From contig NW_003314269.1 of NCBI RefSeq assembly GCF_000143415.4, positions 3,217,060 to 3,281,059 of the forward strand: a stretch of DNA of 64,000 bases. Reading direction: 5' to 3'. The stretch comes from Selaginella moellendorffii (Eukaryota; Plantae; Lycopodiophyta). Positions 60,030 through 64,000 of the stretch are shown here, one piece after another (within the stretch, counting starts at the first letter, position 1; the number at the start of each line of letters is the position of its first letter). Under the pieces are notes generated by a model, which saw only the letters and a list, made by a program, of their open reading frames with translations, made no database searches and had not been told where the DNA came from. The position numbers and the translations under genes were made by a program.

Positions 60030-61686
60030 ATGTTGGACTTAAATCTCCAGCCCGCGATGGAAGAAGATGACTATAGTACCACCGAAGCTCAAGTGACCAA
60101 AGGCAAGTTCTCCGATTATGAAGAAGCTTTGTCCGACAAGAAGAAGAGCGAAGAACATCTGGATAGTATCGAAGAGAAGCCGTCCCAGGAGTGCTTGTCC
60201 GGAACTTCCAGCTCGGGTGTGGTCAACCCAGCAGCGCAAGCCACCAGCAGCTTATCCGAGTCCGAGGATACCGGAGATGGCATGACTTCCAAGGACCCTC
60301 TACTGCTGGCCACCGATTCTTGCGCTCCGGCAACTCCCTGCGATCAATTTGGGAGCGAGAGCGATGCTTCTCTCCTTCTGGATGTGGCTGCTGCGGATCC
60401 AGGAAGCTCTGAAAGTGAAGCTGAGGAGTTCCCTCTCTTTATCACACGCCAGTTTCTACCTTTGGAGCCACTCTTCGCAAACGCTTCTCCAGCGATCTTT
60501 GCAACAGCAGCAGATAGTGGGAAGGACGAGAGTCTTATGATCAGCACGGTAATGATGGGGAAGCGTCAGTTCGGCTGCATCGATGCCATTACTTTGGAGC
60601 TGCTCGATCCAGTCAGTGCTCCTCCTCCTCCACCAGCTCCAGCTCCAGCTCCAGCGAAGAAAAGTCGACGCGGTCCGAGATCCAGGAGCTCACAGTACCG
60701 AGGCGTGACCTTCTACAGGCGAACTGGACGATGGGAATCACACATATGGTGAGCGAAAGTTCCTGGCTATCATGAAAGTTCTCTCACTTTTGCTTTTCGG
60801 CTCGCTTGGTCTTTTGTTTTCAAGGGACACGGGAAAGCAGGTTTATCTCGGTGAGCTTCGATCCATTTATTCTCCCGACGCTGCTAGCTAATGGGTGTCA
60901 TTTCTTTTCCCAGGTGGCTTTGACACAGCTCACGCTGCCGCCAGGTAAGCTTTTCAAGTGCTCGAACTTGGAAAGCACACATAATAGAGAGATCCTACGT
61001 ACTGTAAATTGTGCAGAGCTTACGACAAGGCTGCAATTAAATTCCGTGGCATGGATGCCGACATCAACTTCAACTTAAGTGACTACCAAGAGGAAATCAA
61101 GCAGGCAAGTTACACTTTCTTTTCTCTTGCTTTACTTTCAAGAGTTGTTTATAGTGCTGATGGAAACTCCTGGCTTTTATAGATGTCCCCGCTCTCCAAG
61201 GAAGAGTTTGTGCATATACTTCGCCGCCAGAGCACTGGCTTTTCTCGTGGCAGCTCAAAGTATCGCGGGGTGACTTTGCATAAATGTGGAAGGTGGGAGG
61301 CAAGAATGGGACAGTTCCTTGGAAAGAAGTGAGTTTGGGCCGCGGGAACATAACTAACTCACGACTCTTTTCTTGGTTTTGCGCCAGATACATCTACTTG
61401 GGGCTTTTCAACACCGAGGAAGATGCGGCGAGGTAAAATGCTACAAAAGCTACATTCCTTTGTGTTAAGTTTGATTTATATGATTGCCTCAAATCTTATG
61501 CAGAGCATATGATCTTGCGGCTGTTCGTTGCAATGGCGGAGAAGCTGTGACCAACTTTGATCCCAGTAATTACACTCAATACCAAGGTAGTTTGCCACTT
61601 TTGCTCTGTTTGGGTTTGAGATTGTTGTGCATGTGTCAGATCACCTGCAGCTTAATCTTGGTGGATCATGCCAACTGGAAAAATGA
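60030..61686 (+). CDS. euAP2 (APETALA2/TOE-like) double AP2-domain transcription factor
   Basis: 'MLDLN' motif, '[31 protein letters not shown]|DTGKQVYL|[10 protein letters not shown]|RAYD..', linker '[27 protein letters not shown]', second AP2 domain, last exon '[15 protein letters not shown]'. GC-AG intron at 61105. Confidence 0.95.
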
Positions 61687-64000
61687 GGCCAGTTTGAGCA
61701 GGTATGATAGTTCATTTCCTATTACAAAACTTTCTTATAGCAAGAATAGCAGTACAAAAAGATAATCTTCGAAAGAAAAAAAAAGCTTTTGTAATATTGT
61801 AAAATGTACATTAATGAATTAATGAATTGTAAGTTATAGAGGAAGTAATTGGACTTTTTATGTATACATACTAATACTAATATATATGTGTGTATGTGTG
61901 TATGCGCGCTTGTGAGTGCAGATAAATGTGCACATTGGATTAGCCCAAAATCCTCAGCTTATATAGAGGAGTGTGGTCCTATTATAATAGCATGCAAACT
62001 CACATCATTCCCTCTTTGGAACAGTAATATTAGGTTGATATTCCATAATTTTTGTCACTTATTTGGCTTTACCCAAGAAATTAAAAAATATCTACAACTT
62101 ATATTTTATATGGCAAAAGGTTTTTCTGTTAAATATACTAGGTTCATTTTTTAGTGAAATATGGCTGGAAATAAAAATAAAAAAAATTATAGAGATAAAA
62201 AAGAACTTTTAAAGTTTATATTAATATGGAAATGGTATTAAGTAATGAATTAATCTATTGTAAATATAGTAATATTATTTATTCTATAAGAAAATAATTT
62301 GCTACATATCTTATCTATTAATTTTTCAGTTAAGAAATTTAAATAAAAGCCAATCTGCAACATTTTTAATGTATCATGGTTCTATGAAAAAAATATTAAC
62401 CTGATAAAATTTCAAATGTAATAGAAATTATGAGAGCATATATTTCCATGAATTATAAATTTATCTAATTTTAGAAATTATAGCTATAAAGTCTATAAAT
62501 ATATGTATGTATATGTATTACCTTTCTCTAAAATCCTAGATGTAGTTACAAGAATTAATAGAATTATGTTTTGGGAAGATATAAAAAAATTATATATACT
62601 GTAATTTACCATATAAAGAAAAAAAATTTTAAAAAATTTTAAAAACAGAAATTTGACTTTAGTATAACTATACATATAAGTATTAAATTACAACTATGTG
62701 CAAAATTTTAAACTATATTTAATTAAAAAGTAATGTTAAAATATAGAAAATATAGGATTTGATATTAATAAAATACTTTATTTAAGATTGATATTATGCA
62801 ATATTGTACAGTTTATTAATTTGTCAAATCTTGTAAATAATGTGCAGAATGAAGAATATGAGATGCAATAGAGTTTAGTATATAAGCATACTATATGCTA
62901 TTTGCATATAGCAATGTTTGGTTTACTTAATAATATTTTAATATTATTTATTTATCCATTTGATAGTTACAAGATTAATGTTTTCACATAAGACTGTAGA
63001 ATAGACTAATATATACCAGAAAGTTTTATAACTATAACTACAAGTTTATTCTAAATGAATAACACCTATTAGATGGTAGAATATCCCAAAATATCTAAAT
63101 ATATTTTAGGTATATCTACTCCCAAGCAAACAAAAAATTCAATACATTCATTTCAACTTTTGCTAAATTAATTTTAGTTTTACATTTGAATGTTTTTCTT
63201 GAATGATTAAGTTTATTTTTATTGAAGAGTGTCTATTTTTTTTTTAATTTAATTTTAAATGTCAAATAAGAATTAAAGATAGTCTTTACAAATGAGATAG
63301 AAGTAAATATTAGGCAACATCTACATTTGTTTTGTTTTGGTTGTATATGTATGGCAACTAATATGTGCTTGCGTATGAGAGTATTATATATTTACATAAG
63401 TGTGGATTTTTTTATTTATTTTGAGTTGCATAAAAAAATATAATGCATATAATCAGTTTATAATTGTTATATAAGAAATCAAAATGTGATTGTGCATATA
63501 ATATTTTTGTTATAGCTATGCCATATATGCATGGTGTATGATACCTTAGATTGCAATGTAAAACTAATGTCACATTATCCCAGACAACATGACGTCATTG
63601 CAAATCTTACAAGGGTTTTATGTGAGCAAGTATGCAACATAGATTTTACATAAGCAAGAATGCAGTACTAATTTATATAATGTGAGATAAATATTCCACA
63701 ACTCTCCTTTTCCTTTTACAATGTCATGTAAAGATGAGTAATCTATGGAGTAATGGGACAAGAAGCACCATCACTAAATTGTGGTATTGAATGGAAGATT
63801 CTCATCTCATCACTGCACAAATTACAATGGAGTGTCTAGTTGATACTTTCTTAGTCATAGCCACTAGCTTTTATTCCTTTAACAAGCATGCAAATGTTAA
63901 TTTTTATATTGATTAGCCATAAGTGTATATGTAACTTTGTTTCTCTTATTGATCTTCACCAAAGCCTTTGCATCTTTGAGATGCCTGGCCCGCTTGACTG

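Noticed and set aside
61644-61665. CTGCAGCTTAATCTTGG resembles the start of a miR172 target site
   Set aside because: Only about 12-13 of 21 positions match, mismatches fall in the region pairing with the miRNA 5' end, and it encodes the LQLNL motif, not AAASSGF.

Overview
Gene-dense plant nuclear DNA. Introns are mostly 45-70 nt, intergenic gaps are tiny, and the window holds a flagellar IQ gene, an SS-motif-rich PPR gene and a euAP2 with no miR172 site. Together these suggest a lycophyte, probably Selaginella (inference). Nineteen protein-coding genes can be traced by eye: PABP (3' end), subfamily-IX bHLH, HEL2/ZNF598, NRPB7, ADP/ATP carrier-like, GC6/USO1, gamma-CAL, At3g54190-like, SH3P, SPATA17-like, CYP37, CTF7, BAG6-like, BCS1-like AAA ATPase, PLAT/ATS3-like, ABCI11, PLS-E PPR, eIFiso4G and euAP2. 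AT-rich, CpG-depleted blocks lie at about 38.3-49.4, 57.5-59.3 and 61.7-64 kb. The most notable non-gene structures are: (1) a tandem duplication across GC6/gamma-CAL whose two copies decayed in complementary parts, with a cleanly inverted GC6 fragment; (2) a ~950-bp CpG-rich foldback upstream of the bHLH; (3) a 38-bp minisatellite built on a tRNA B-box; (4) two inverted LTR-like copies with a MITE between them; and (5) a 158-bp tandem array between ABCI11 and the PPR gene. All exon models and family assignments come from manual reading and recalled motifs, not database searches. No new biological system can be established from sequence alone.
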